Shown piece after piece: positions 42,320 through 50,784 of a DNA stretch of 64,000 nt. Position numbers and translations under genes: made by a program. Source of the stretch: Thermoplasmata archaeon (GTDB lineage Archaea > Thermoplasmatota > Thermoplasmata > Lutacidiplasmatales > UBA184); assembly GCA_021809545.1 (NCBI GenBank), contig JAKAYL010000002.1, positions 78,411 through 142,410 of the forward strand. Direction: 5' to 3'. The first letter of the stretch is position 1, and the number at the start of each line of letters is the position of its first letter. The notes beneath the pieces are model-generated. The model saw nothing but the letters and a program-made list of their open reading frames with translations. It was not told where the DNA came from and did not search any database.

Positions 42320-44230
42320 CCCCGTACGAAGCTCCTCTTCATCCACGCGGACCAGATCGCCTTCGAGGCGAAGTCCCCGGCGATAAAATCCCTGCCCGAA
42401 CTCCCTGCCCCGGATAGGACCGGCTCCGCCCAAGAAGCGCTGGTCGTCTTCTACTGCGTGGAGTCGGACGACTCCGCAGACATCGGGACCATCGTCAAGA
42501 AATCCGTGGAGGCGATCGCTGCGGTCCAGGCACAGGTCAAACCTGAGCGACTGGTGCTCTATCCGTACGCCCACCTCTCCAACCGGCTCGCCAAGCCCGA
42601 CGTGGCGCTCCGCGCGGGCCTTGAGCTCAAGGAGGCGGCCGCCTCTCTGGGCCTTCCTGTCCTCGCCGCCCCGTTCGGCTACTACAAGGCCTTCAACCTG
42701 AAGGCCAAGGGACACCCGCTGGCGGAGCTTTCCCGGACCATCACCCTAGACGGTGGCCCTCCGGCCGGCCCGGCCCAGAAGCCCGCGCCGAAGACCACTC
42801 AGAAGGAGAGCGAGGCCCTCACCAAGGAGAAGGGCATGAAGAGCTCCTGGCACGTGCTGACGCTCGATGGCGAGGTCGTCCCGGCCGAAGGGGCCCTCGC
42901 GAACACGGACGATTCCTTCCGCGCCTTCTTCCGCTACGAGACCGGGGGTTCCCGGTCGAAGGGGGAGGAGCCCCCTCACGTGCGGCTCATGCAGGAGCAG
43001 GAGCTCGTCGACTACGAACCCGGCTCGGACTCGGGGAACTTCCGCTTCTACCCCAAGGGACAGCTCATCAAGCGCCTCTTCGAGGAGCGGGTCTCCCAGG
43101 TGGTCGCGCAACTGGGCGGCATGCGGGTCGAGACGCCCATCATGTACGACTACGAACACCCGGCCCTGAAGAAGTACCTCAACCGGTTCCCGGCCCGTCA
43201 GTACGTCCTTGAATCCGACGACAAGGACTTCTTCCTGCGCTTCGCGGCGTGCTTCGGCCAGTACCTCATCTTCCACGACATGACCATAGGGGCCTCCGAC
43301 CTTCCCGTCCGGCTCTACGAGCTGACCCACTACTCCTTCCGCCGGGAGCAGAGCGGGGAGCTTTCCGGGCTCCGCCGCCTGCGCACCTTCACCATGCCGG
43401 ACATGCATACCCTCGTTTCGGACGTCGAGGGGGCCAAGGTAGAGTATCTCGCCCAGTTCCGCGCCTGCAAGGCCTGGATGGACGAGCTCGGGATCCCCTA
43501 CAACGTGGCCATCCGGTTCACCCGCGAGTTCCTCGACCAGAACCGCGACTTCGCGAAGGAGCTCTCCCGCATCGTCGGGCGTCCCCTCCTCCTCGAGATC
43601 TGGGAGGAGCGGATCTTCTATTTCGTCATGAAGGCCGAGTTCCATCCCCTCGATACCCAGGGGAGGGCCGCTGCGCTCTCGACCGTCCAGATCGACGTGG
43701 AGAACGCGGAGCGCTTCGGGATCGGCTACACCGGACATGACGGGGGGCGGAAGACCCCCCTCATCCTCCATGCGAGCATCTCGGGAGCGATCGAACGCAA
43801 TATCTACGCGCTCCTGGAGAACGAGGCGGGGCGCATCGCCAAAGGAGGCAAGGGCACCTGGCCCTTCTGGCTCGCCCCCACCCAGGTCCGGGTCATCCCT
43901 GTCACCAACATCTACAACGAGACGGCGCTCAAGATCGCGAAGGACCTCGCCGAAGCGACCGGCGCCAGGGTCGATGTGGACGACCGGGACGAGACCGTGG
44001 GCCGGAAGATCCGCGATGCGGAACGGGAATGGATCCCCCTCTCCCTCGTCTACGGGGAACGGGAGGCCAAGAGCACGCAACTCGCCGTCCGGGTCCGCGG
44101 AGAGAAGAACCCCAGGGAACTCTCGCCCGAAGACCTGCGGAAGGAGATCCAGACCCTCCAGGCGGGAAAGCCGTTGATCGGTCTGCCCCTCCCCGGACGC
44201 CTCTCCCAGCGCCCCATCTTCAGGGGTTAA
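42320..44230 (+). CDS. thrS: threonyl-tRNA synthetase, archaeal type with N-terminal editing domain (start codon unresolved)
   Basis: The frame is open from 42320 (after TGA 42317-42319). (T)KLLFIHADQIAFEAK...LVLYPYAHLS...APFGYYKAFNLKAKGHPLAELSRTI aligns with the archaeal ThrRS editing domain, and the class II core and anticodon-binding domain follow. The first in-frame canonical start is GVG-free GTG 42458, which would cut off about 45 conserved residues. Confidence 0.93.
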   Translation, partial: PRTKLLFIHADQIAFEAKSPAIKSLPELPAPDRTGSAQEALVVFYCVESDDSADIGTIVKKSVEAIAAVQAQVKPERLVLYPYAHLSNRLAKPDVALRAGLELKEAAASLGLPVLAAPFGYYKAFNLKAKGHPLAELSRTITLDGGPPAGPAQKPAPKTTQKESEALTKEKGMKSSWHVLTLDGEVVPAEGALANTDDSFRAFFRYETGGSRSKGEEPPHVRLMQEQELVDYEPGSDSGNFRFYPKGQLIKRLFEERVSQVVAQLGGMRVETPIMYDYEHPALKKYLNRFPARQYVLESDDKDFFLRFAACFGQYLIFHDMTIGASDLPVRLYELTHYSFRREQSGELSGLRRLRTFTMPDMHTLVSDVEGAKVEYLAQFRACKAWMDELGIPYNVAIRFTREFLDQNRDFAKELSRIVGRPLLLEIWEERIFYFVMKAEFHPLDTQGRAAALSTVQIDVENAERFGIGYTGHDGGRKTPLILHASISGAIERNIYALLENEAGRIAKGGKGTWPFWLAPTQVRVIPVTNIYNETALKIAKDLAEATGARVDVDDRDETVGRKIRDAEREWIPLSLVYGEREAKSTQLAVRVRGEKNPRELSPEDLRKEIQTLQAGKPLIGLPLPGRLSQRPIFRG

Positions 44231-45005
44231 GCTCGAGCCGACCCAGATCGGAGCCATCGAGCAGGTAGGCCCGGGCACTCCCCTGCCGGAGGAAACGGTC
44301 CGCCAAGAAGCGGTGGCTCTGCCGCGGACGCTCGACGTTCAGGGACTCCCCGCTGCAAAGGTCATTGAAGGCCGGGACCACCAGGATCTCCCGGAGATGC
44401 GGAGCCCCGGGAGAGAGTGAGCTCTCCCTAGGGAGCTCGACCCGGATCCAACAGCGCTGCCGCCCTTCGGCAAGACGGATCCCGGGATGGAGGTGCCCGG
44501 TCACGAACATCCGCGCCCCTTCGAGCACCTCCGGTGAGGGCCAGGCGTGCCCGTGGAAGTACCCGATGCCGTCCCGCAGGAACCCGCGGGCGGGATGGAA
44601 GACCACACCTTCGGGAACCATCCGCTCGAGACCGATGTCGTGATTCCCCTTCGTGACCTCCACCCGGTAACCCTCCGCGAGGAGGGTCTCGAAGAACCGC
44701 CACACCTCGCGGCGCACGTTCCAGGGGGCCCCGAGGATGGGCTCCTTCACGTCCCCGAGGAGGAGCAGTGTCCGGGCACGGGCCCTCTTCAGGCCAGCGA
44801 TCAGTGCGGCGGCGAGCTCCACCGCGTTCCCGCTGCCCTGGGCCACCCCTTGCACTTCCCTCCGGGAGAGCCCGACGTGGATGTCCGTTGCCACCACCAT
44901 CCCCGTCCCTCCCTTCACCTGCAGGAGGGGAGCCCCCCAGAGCGGTTGCGGTCGCTCGGAAGAGGGACGGCGGACGGCGACGGAGGGAGGTCGGCGAGGG
45001 GGCAT
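44220..45005 (-). CDS. metallophosphoesterase (MJ0037/SbcD-related family)
   Basis: VVATDIHVG, LLLGDVKE, GNHD, GHAWP and GHLHP motifs. Start set at ATG 45005 (MPPRR...), supported by an ATATAT box 32 nt upstream. Confidence 0.8.
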   Translation of the reverse strand: MPPRRPPSVAVRRPSSERPQPLWGAPLLQVKGGTGMVVATDIHVGLSRREVQGVAQGSGNAVELAAALIAGLKRARARTLLLLGDVKEPILGAPWNVRREVWRFFETLLAEGYRVEVTKGNHDIGLERMVPEGVVFHPARGFLRDGIGYFHGHAWPSPEVLEGARMFVTGHLHPGIRLAEGRQRCWIRVELPRESSLSPGAPHLREILVVPAFNDLCSGESLNVERPRQSHRFLADRFLRQGSARAYLLDGSDLGRLELNP

Positions 45006-45013
45006 GATGTATG

Positions 45014-45019
45014 TTATAA
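45014..45019 (+). promoter_or_regulatory. TATA box (TTATAA) for the 45041 regulator gene
   Basis: 22 nt upstream of ATG 45041, inside a 35-bp divergent intergenic region. Confidence 0.4.
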
Positions 45020-45040
45020 ACCTTACCATCAAGCCCATAT

Positions 45041-46063
45041 ATGGACCTTGCATCAGTACTACCGATGACGGAGGGGGTGCTGCCTCGACAGGAAACGGTG
45101 GTCCGGACGGCCCAGATGCTCCGCCAGGTGGGGTTCTACGTGGCCGACCTCCATACGGTCCGTCCCAGTTGCTTCGACATCATCGCACGGCGCGATTCCC
45201 AACTGCTCCTCATCAAGATCCTGAAGAACATCGACGCCATCGGCCAGACCGGGGCCCACTCCCTCATCTCCCTCGCCCGACTCATGCGAGGTGCTCCGCT
45301 CCTCATCGGGAGCACATCGGGCGGACAGCCCCTCGAAGAGGGAGTGCTCTACACCCGCTACGGCCTGGGGATCCTCACCTTCGAGACCCTCGAGGACTAT
45401 CTTCTGAAGGCCATCCCACCCTTCCTCTTCTCCAGCCCAGGAGGCACCTTCGCCAAGGTCAACGGACACCGCCTGCGGATGGCCCGCGAGCAGTCCCAGA
45501 CCTCGCTCGGTGCCATCGCCGCGATGGTGGGGGTCTCCCGCCGGACCATCCAGCTCTACGAGGAGGGCGGCGGGGCCGAGGTGGACGTCATCGAGCGTCT
45601 GGAGAGGATCTTCGAGATCCCACTGGCCATGCCGCTGAACCCTTTCGAGGAGTCCGCGAGGATCCCCCGGGATTCGGAGATCGAAGTGGAGGGCGAGCCC
45701 GTCGAAGAACCCACCCCGGACACCGAGAAATCCCTCACCAGCATCATCAGCGCCCTGGGAGGACAGGGCTGGACCGTCGAGGTGACGGTCCGCAGCCCCT
45801 TCGACGCCATCGCCCGCCACCATGTGGTCCGGCAGCGGAGCCTCGTCGTCCTGGGGGTAGGGGACCTCTCCAACGCTGTTCGCCGGGCCCGGGGCCTCCA
45901 CGAGATCGCACGGGTGGCGGAGGGTTGGTCCGCCTTCATCGTGCCCGAACGCAAGGACCGCGACAACATCGAGGGAACCCCGATCATCGCCTACAGCGAG
46001 CTCAAGCGACGGCGGGACCCCGAGAGCCTCTTCGAGCTCATGGAAGAGCGGACCGACGGGTGA
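45041..46063 (+). CDS. archaeal COG1395-type putative transcriptional regulator (XRE-type HTH flanked by alpha/beta domains)
   Basis: 340 aa. N-domain ...CFDIIARRDSQLLLIKILKNID..., central HTH REQSQTSLGAIAAMVGVSRRTIQLYEEG, and C-domain ...FDAIARHH...LVVLGVG. Confidence 0.7.
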   Translation: MDLASVLPMTEGVLPRQETVVRTAQMLRQVGFYVADLHTVRPSCFDIIARRDSQLLLIKILKNIDAIGQTGAHSLISLARLMRGAPLLIGSTSGGQPLEEGVLYTRYGLGILTFETLEDYLLKAIPPFLFSSPGGTFAKVNGHRLRMAREQSQTSLGAIAAMVGVSRRTIQLYEEGGGAEVDVIERLERIFEIPLAMPLNPFEESARIPRDSEIEVEGEPVEEPTPDTEKSLTSIISALGGQGWTVEVTVRSPFDAIARHHVVRQRSLVVLGVGDLSNAVRRARGLHEIARVAEGWSAFIVPERKDRDNIEGTPIIAYSELKRRRDPESLFELMEERTDG

Positions 46064-46070
46064 CCCACCC

Positions 46071-46721
46071 GTGCGCCGAGCGGACCTTCCCGGATTGATC
46101 CTTCTCGGGGCCGTGCGCGGCCCGGCGACCGAGGAACCCGCCGTCCTCGCGGAACTGGACCTGTCCCGTCCGAAGACGATCGTGCTCGACCTCTCCCCAG
46201 AGGAGCTCAAGGGGCTCCAAGAGTACTTCGTCGATCCGAGGGCCGAGCCGCTCGTGCCGCTCACGCAGGCCGAGACCGCTCTCGCCCGGGCCCTCTCAGA
46301 CTTCACCGAGGTACGCATGCCCGCCCCCGCCTTTGTCGGTGCCGTCCGCTGGGCCGAGGCCCGGGGAGCCGAGGTACTGCCGATCGACCAGAGCGATGAG
46401 AGCTTCGCCGATCTCTTCGTCAAGCATGTGGGATATGTGGATCTCCTCCGGCGGTCCCGGGCCGAGCGCGCGCTCTCCAAGGGGAAGTACGGAAAGCCCG
46501 GAAGCTCCGAGGAGATGGCCATCGCCTGGGCCGGACGCCTCCATTCGAGAGGAGGTTCCCTCCGGTTGTGGAACGAGCGCTGCCGGATCGCGGCCGCCCG
46601 GCTCCGGGAGATCACCCAGGGGGACCATCCGAAGCCGATCGCGTGCGTGCTGGATGTGGAGCGGTGGCAGCAGATCGTTCAAATGCTCTCGGTCGCTGGT
46701 TCCGCTCCTTCCGCGATCTGA
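46071..46721 (+). CDS. hypothetical protein (weak TraB/GumN-like N-terminus)
   Basis: 216-aa ORF beginning 8 nt after the regulator gene. [37 protein letters not shown] loosely resembles the TraB-family N-terminal pattern. Function not supported further. Confidence 0.5.
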   Translation: MRRADLPGLILLGAVRGPATEEPAVLAELDLSRPKTIVLDLSPEELKGLQEYFVDPRAEPLVPLTQAETALARALSDFTEVRMPAPAFVGAVRWAEARGAEVLPIDQSDESFADLFVKHVGYVDLLRRSRAERALSKGKYGKPGSSEEMAIAWAGRLHSRGGSLRLWNERCRIAAARLREITQGDHPKPIACVLDVERWQQIVQMLSVAGSAPSAI

Positions 46722-46773
46722 CCGCTGTGCAAGCCTATTAACCCCTCCCGTCTCGGACAAGCGAGGCACTGCA

Positions 46774-47244
46774 ATGGCGAACCCCCACGTGCAACTGGAA
46801 ACGAGCATGGGCAACATCGAGATCGAACTCTTCGCGGACAAGGCCCCGAACACGGCCAAGAACTTCGCCGATCTCACGAAGAAGGGATTCTACAACGGAC
46901 TCATCTTTCACCGGGTCATCGAAGGGTTCATGATCCAGGGCGGTTGCCCGAAGGGCGACGGCTCCGGGGGACCGGGCTACACCATCAAGGACGAACTGGT
47001 CCGGGACCTCAGGCACGATGGCCCAGGGATCCTCTCGATGGCGAAGACGGCTGCGCCGAACACGGGAGGGAGCCAGTTCTTCATCACCCTGGCCGCGACT
47101 CCTTGGCTCGACATGAAGCACTCGGTCTTCGGCAAGGTCGTCAACGGGCTGGATGTGGTCAAGAAGATCGGCAAGACCCCCACGGACAACGACGACCGGC
47201 CCAAGACAACGGTCAAGATCCTCAAAGCAACCCTCCTCCCCTAA
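46774..47244 (+). CDS. cyclophilin-type peptidyl-prolyl cis-trans isomerase
   Basis: ATG 46774: [31 protein letters not shown]...[15 protein letters not shown]...GSQFFITL...[11 protein letters not shown]. Confidence 0.92.
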   Translation: MANPHVQLETSMGNIEIELFADKAPNTAKNFADLTKKGFYNGLIFHRVIEGFMIQGGCPKGDGSGGPGYTIKDELVRDLRHDGPGILSMAKTAAPNTGGSQFFITLAATPWLDMKHSVFGKVVNGLDVVKKIGKTPTDNDDRPKTTVKILKATLLP

Positions 47245-47307
47245 GACGAGAGCCAGGAGGACCGGATCCGCGGGGGCAGGCCCCTGGGCACCGCCCAGGG
47301 ACCGCGC

Positions 47308-47313
47308 TTATAT
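47308..47313 (+). promoter_or_regulatory. TATA box (TTATAT) for tRNA-Gly
   Basis: CTTATATGC lies 31 nt upstream of the tRNA 5' end. Confidence 0.4.
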
Positions 47314-47343
47314 GCTCCGTTTCAAATCCCCCCACGCCAAAAC

Positions 47344-47417
47344 GCGGCCTTAGTATAGCCTGGTTAGAACGGTAGCTTGCCAAGCTATCGGCGCGGGTTC
47401 AAATCCCGCAGGCCGCA
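47344..47417 (+). tRNA. tRNA-Gly (anticodon GCC)
   Basis: Hand-folded. Acceptor GCGGCCT/AGGCCGC, anticodon stem GTAGC/GCTAT with loop TTGCCAA, T arm GCGGG-TTCAAAT-CCCGC, discriminator A. No encoded CCA. Confidence 0.9.
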
Positions 47418-47654
47418 CTCCTCCTTGCTCCACTGCCCACTCTGGAAACCCCCCCGCTGCCGCGGGTTCCTGAATACCGTAGAATAACGAGAGGGGGACT
47501 AAATACCCCGTTCCAATCCTCGACTCGTGGAATCACAATCGAGGGAGGCCGAACTGACCGCGACCTGGCGTGTTGCTCTCAGCACAACGGTTGCTGGGGC
47601 GGCAGCAGGGTTGCCCGGTGCTCTCCCACCCCTTCGTTCGTTCCAAGGTGCTTG

Positions 47655-48002
47655 ATGGTCGGATACAAGAAGCCGTGCCGATTCTGCGGAAATCTCGTGG
47701 ACGAACTCTCGGCGATGTGTCCGTTCTGTAACCGAGCCCATCCCCTCCAGTCGGTGTGTCCGTACTGCATGGCGCCCATCTCTCCGGGCTGGACCGTGTG
47801 CAATGCGTGCGCGAAACCGCTGGTCATCCCCTGTCCCCGATGTGGTGCTCCGGCCGGGCCCGACTCGGATGTTTGTGAACGCTGCCGATCGGTCGTCCGG
47901 TACCGATGCCCGACCTGCGTTGCGGTGGTGATGCCGGGCGCCAAGAAGTGCGACCGCTGCGGTGCCAAGCTCAAGGAGTACTGGAAATCCAAGGGACTTT
48001 AG
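47655..48002 (+). CDS. tandem zinc-ribbon protein (eight CxxC motifs in ~115 aa)
   Basis: CRFC, CPFC, CPYC, CNAC, CPRC, CERC, CPTC, CDRC at regular spacing, i.e. four consecutive zinc ribbons (double-zinc-ribbon type). ATG at 47655. Confidence 0.7.
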   Translation: MVGYKKPCRFCGNLVDELSAMCPFCNRAHPLQSVCPYCMAPISPGWTVCNACAKPLVIPCPRCGAPAGPDSDVCERCRSVVRYRCPTCVAVVMPGAKKCDRCGAKLKEYWKSKGL

Positions 48003-48079
48003 GGTGAAAGCACAGAGGTCACAGAACTTGTCGTTCAAGCTAATATACCACAGAAGACTTACATTCGTGAGGAAATAAG

Positions 48080-48736
48080 ATGCCCCTGCTTGACCACCCG
48101 AAGAACGTCGATGACCTGAGCGGCGACAAGGGATTCCAGTGGAAATTCCACTGCGACATCTGTGGAAACGGATTCGACACGAGCTTCATTCCCTCCCGGA
48201 GCGCCAACAGTGCCCGGAAGCTGGGCTTCCTGAGCTCGGGGTTCGGGGCGCTGGGATCTGTTACGGGCAGCAGCGGTCTCTATGGCGCCAGCCAAGCCTC
48301 CAGCGGGGCCCAGCAGTACCGGAACCAGTCCGCCGACTGGCACCGGGAACACGACAACGCCTTCCTTCAGGCCGTGAACGAGGCCAAGGTTCACTTCAAG
48401 AAGTGTCCCAAGTGCAAGGCCTTCGTCTGTGACGACGACTGGAATCAGCAGGCGGGCCTCTGCACGACGGACGCGCCGGCCATGGCCTCCGAATATCAGG
48501 CGGCCAAGGCCCAGGCTGCGGTCGAGCAGATGAAGGCCTCGGTCGCCGCCCAGAAACAGTACAACGGAGACACCACCGACCGTGCCACCGTCTGCCCGAA
48601 GTGCGGAAAGACCGCAGGCGCCGAGAAGTTCTGCCAGAACTGCGGAACTCCCCTCGCCTTCAAGGAGTGCGCCAGCTGCCACCATCAGAACCCGCCGAAC
48701 ATCAACTTCTGCGGGGAATGCGGTTCCAAGCTCTAG
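48080..48736 (+). CDS. zinc-ribbon protein (YdjG-like?)
   Basis: 218 aa. ATG preceded by GAGG 8 nt upstream and a TAATATA box. CDIC, CPKC...VCDDDW...LC, then a Gln/Ala-rich helix, then CPKC, CQNC, CASC, CGEC (C-terminal double zinc ribbon). Confidence 0.65.
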   Translation: MPLLDHPKNVDDLSGDKGFQWKFHCDICGNGFDTSFIPSRSANSARKLGFLSSGFGALGSVTGSSGLYGASQASSGAQQYRNQSADWHREHDNAFLQAVNEAKVHFKKCPKCKAFVCDDDWNQQAGLCTTDAPAMASEYQAAKAQAAVEQMKASVAAQKQYNGDTTDRATVCPKCGKTAGAEKFCQNCGTPLAFKECASCHHQNPPNINFCGECGSKL

Positions 48737-48762
48737 GGGCTGGCTCCTAGGGATACCTCGTC

Positions 48763-50082
48763 ATGTGCGACTATTGCACTTCGGATCGCGAGTGCACGAA
48801 TCCCACCTGCGCTTCGAACGGCAGAGGTTGCGCCTGCTCCCTGAGCGGGAACGAGCAGTGCCCCTCCTGTGGACACCCGTGTGTACCGTGGTACTGGGGA
48901 ATGGGCCTGGACGACTGCCCCGACATCGTCCGAGATTTCTTTGGAGGCGATGGGACCGAGAGCCCGGGATTTGACAAGTATCCGGCCACCAAGGCCCAGC
49001 TACTGGCCGGCGTTCGCGAGTTGCAGGCCGATATGGAGGAGGGAACGACCCCGGAGGATCTGGTCTGGCTGGACCAGCGCCTCCCCGAGGGAACCTACCC
49101 GGACGCCGGGGAGGTATTCCGTGTCATGACCTCGGTCCTCAGGGCACCGCCTTTGGACAGCACCCGATGGGTCCGGGGGGGATACCTCCGGACCTTCGCG
49201 GCCGGGACCCGCCTCGTGGTCGGGGCCAACGAGTTTGCGCTCCTCGTAGGGACCGACGGCAGTACCTTCGATGCGTTCGGCCCGGGAGAGCACGTCCTTT
49301 CCGCCGATACCGCTCCGCTAGCCGCCGCGGTCTCTCGCTTGCCCAAACCCGGGTTTCCCAAGTGGGCTCTCCGGGCGGGCCCCCTCTATCTCTCGACCTC
49401 GGACCAGAACGGAAGGGTTCTGGGTTCGGGCAAGACCAAGTCCGGGGAACCGATAGGCATCATGGCCAAGGTCTCGTTCTGGTTGCAGGACCCTTCGAAG
49501 TTCGCCCGATCGCCTGCGGGGCGGAGACTGGACCCCAATCTCGACATCGATCGCATGCTGGCCTCCCTTGCGAAGGGTGCGCTCGATACTCTGGTCGCGT
49601 CGCTGGAATCCCCATCGCTCGAGGCGATCCAGTCTTCAGCGGAATCGGCAGTCCGTTCCTCGCTCGAAGCTGCCGGGCTCGGAGTTCGGACCGTGTCCAT
49701 CGAGGTTTCCGGCCCCCGATTCGGTTTCGGGGCGAGCTTCCGTGCTTCCCCGCCGACTTTGCCCCCCGAGGTGCTGGCGAGACTTCCGCCGGAGACCGTC
49801 GCCAAGATGAACGCGGCAACGCAACGGCGCGAAGAGATTCTGCGCGCGGCGGCCGCTAACCCCAACGCTTCCCACGCAGCTCCTCCCGGAAGTCCCGGCA
49901 CTCCCCTCCCGGTCGTGACCTGCCCCTCGTGCCACACCCCGAACGCACGTGCCGCCCCCTTTTGCCGCAACTGCGGGGTCGCCCTGGCTGCCCAGAAGTT
50001 CTGTCCCTCCTGCGGTCACGCGGTTGCTCCCGGTGTGAAGTTCTGCGGAAAATGCGGGACCCGAGTGGTGCCGTCGGCATAA
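48763..50082 (+). CDS. Cys-rich / DUF2795-like / SPFH-related (YdjI, COG4260-like) / double zinc ribbon fusion protein
   Basis: 439 aa with 10 Cys in the first 52 residues. YPATKAQLLAGVRE...LPEGTYPDAGEV is DUF2795-like. GTRLVVGANEFALLVGTDGSTFDAFGPGEHVLSADTAPL...IGIMAKVSFWLQDPSKFA is the COG4260 'virion core protein-like' pattern. C-terminal CPSC, CRNC, CPSC, CGKC. Confidence 0.7.
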   Translation: MCDYCTSDRECTNPTCASNGRGCACSLSGNEQCPSCGHPCVPWYWGMGLDDCPDIVRDFFGGDGTESPGFDKYPATKAQLLAGVRELQADMEEGTTPEDLVWLDQRLPEGTYPDAGEVFRVMTSVLRAPPLDSTRWVRGGYLRTFAAGTRLVVGANEFALLVGTDGSTFDAFGPGEHVLSADTAPLAAAVSRLPKPGFPKWALRAGPLYLSTSDQNGRVLGSGKTKSGEPIGIMAKVSFWLQDPSKFARSPAGRRLDPNLDIDRMLASLAKGALDTLVASLESPSLEAIQSSAESAVRSSLEAAGLGVRTVSIEVSGPRFGFGASFRASPPTLPPEVLARLPPETVAKMNAATQRREEILRAAAANPNASHAAPPGSPGTPLPVVTCPSCHTPNARAAPFCRNCGVALAAQKFCPSCGHAVAPGVKFCGKCGTRVVPSA

Positions 50083-50154
50083 TCGTACGAGACGTCTCTC
50101 TCGCTTCCGACGTGCTCTCCGCACCGCACTTGGGAGGGGGTCACCGAACGGGGC

Positions 50155-50658
50155 TCACGCCGCCTCCTGCTGGATCCGACGTTCCCACCAAGAGATGTAG
50201 TTTCGATGGCCCTGGGCCCTCCGCTCCCACGCCTCCCGGGCCAGCGCCTGCGCGCTCAGGGCGTAGATCGGCCATTCCTTCCGCGCCGCTCCGACGTTAA
50301 GGTAAAACGGGGGGCGCGGGAACTCTGCACCGCACCGGGCCAACCAGATGAGATCGCAGGCCCTCTCCCCATCGGGCCATCGCCGGTCCACGGACTGGAG
50401 AAGGTGCCCTAGCTCGTGGGCCAGTGTCTTCCCGAGGGAGATGGGGTCTCCGCGGACCGTGCGGCGCGTGATGTAGATGACCGGACGCCGTTTCGGGTCT
50501 CCGAAGGCGCGGAAATAACCGGCGACCCTCCGGGCATCGGAGAGCCGTACCTCGAAGGCATCGGACCGGAGCTCCGGGTAGTGCGACAGCACTCGGGTGG
50601 TGGTCGAGAGAAGAGCGGACTCAAGCCATTCATCTCCCGGGGAAAGGCGCGGAGCCAT
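50155..50658 (-). CDS. HExxH metallopeptidase-like protein (family unresolved)
   Basis: 167 aa with a single TLAHELGHLLQ motif after a beta-rich segment (RRPVIYITRRTV). This is compatible with SprT/ImmA/DUF45-type minimal metalloproteases. Confidence 0.55.
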   Translation of the reverse strand: MAPRLSPGDEWLESALLSTTTRVLSHYPELRSDAFEVRLSDARRVAGYFRAFGDPKRRPVIYITRRTVRGDPISLGKTLAHELGHLLQSVDRRWPDGERACDLIWLARCGAEFPRPPFYLNVGAARKEWPIYALSAQALAREAWERRAQGHRNYISWWERRIQQEAA

Positions 50659-50784
50659 CGGTCGGGAATCACCGGGGCCCTCATGAACGCTTCGAGGGGC
50701 CGGGCCGCCCGGGAGTCTCCACCGAGGATGGCGGGAACTGGTCTCCGGGAGGAGCCGTTATTCGGAGTGGGCCTTTGCGGGGGT

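Noticed and set aside
47391-47470. 9-nt repeat CGCGGGTTC in the T arm of tRNA-Gly and again ~65 nt downstream, as a possible att site of an integrated element
   Set aside because: It is too short to be significant in GC-rich DNA. There is no second copy at the far end of the zinc-ribbon cluster, and no integrase or recombinase gene in the window.
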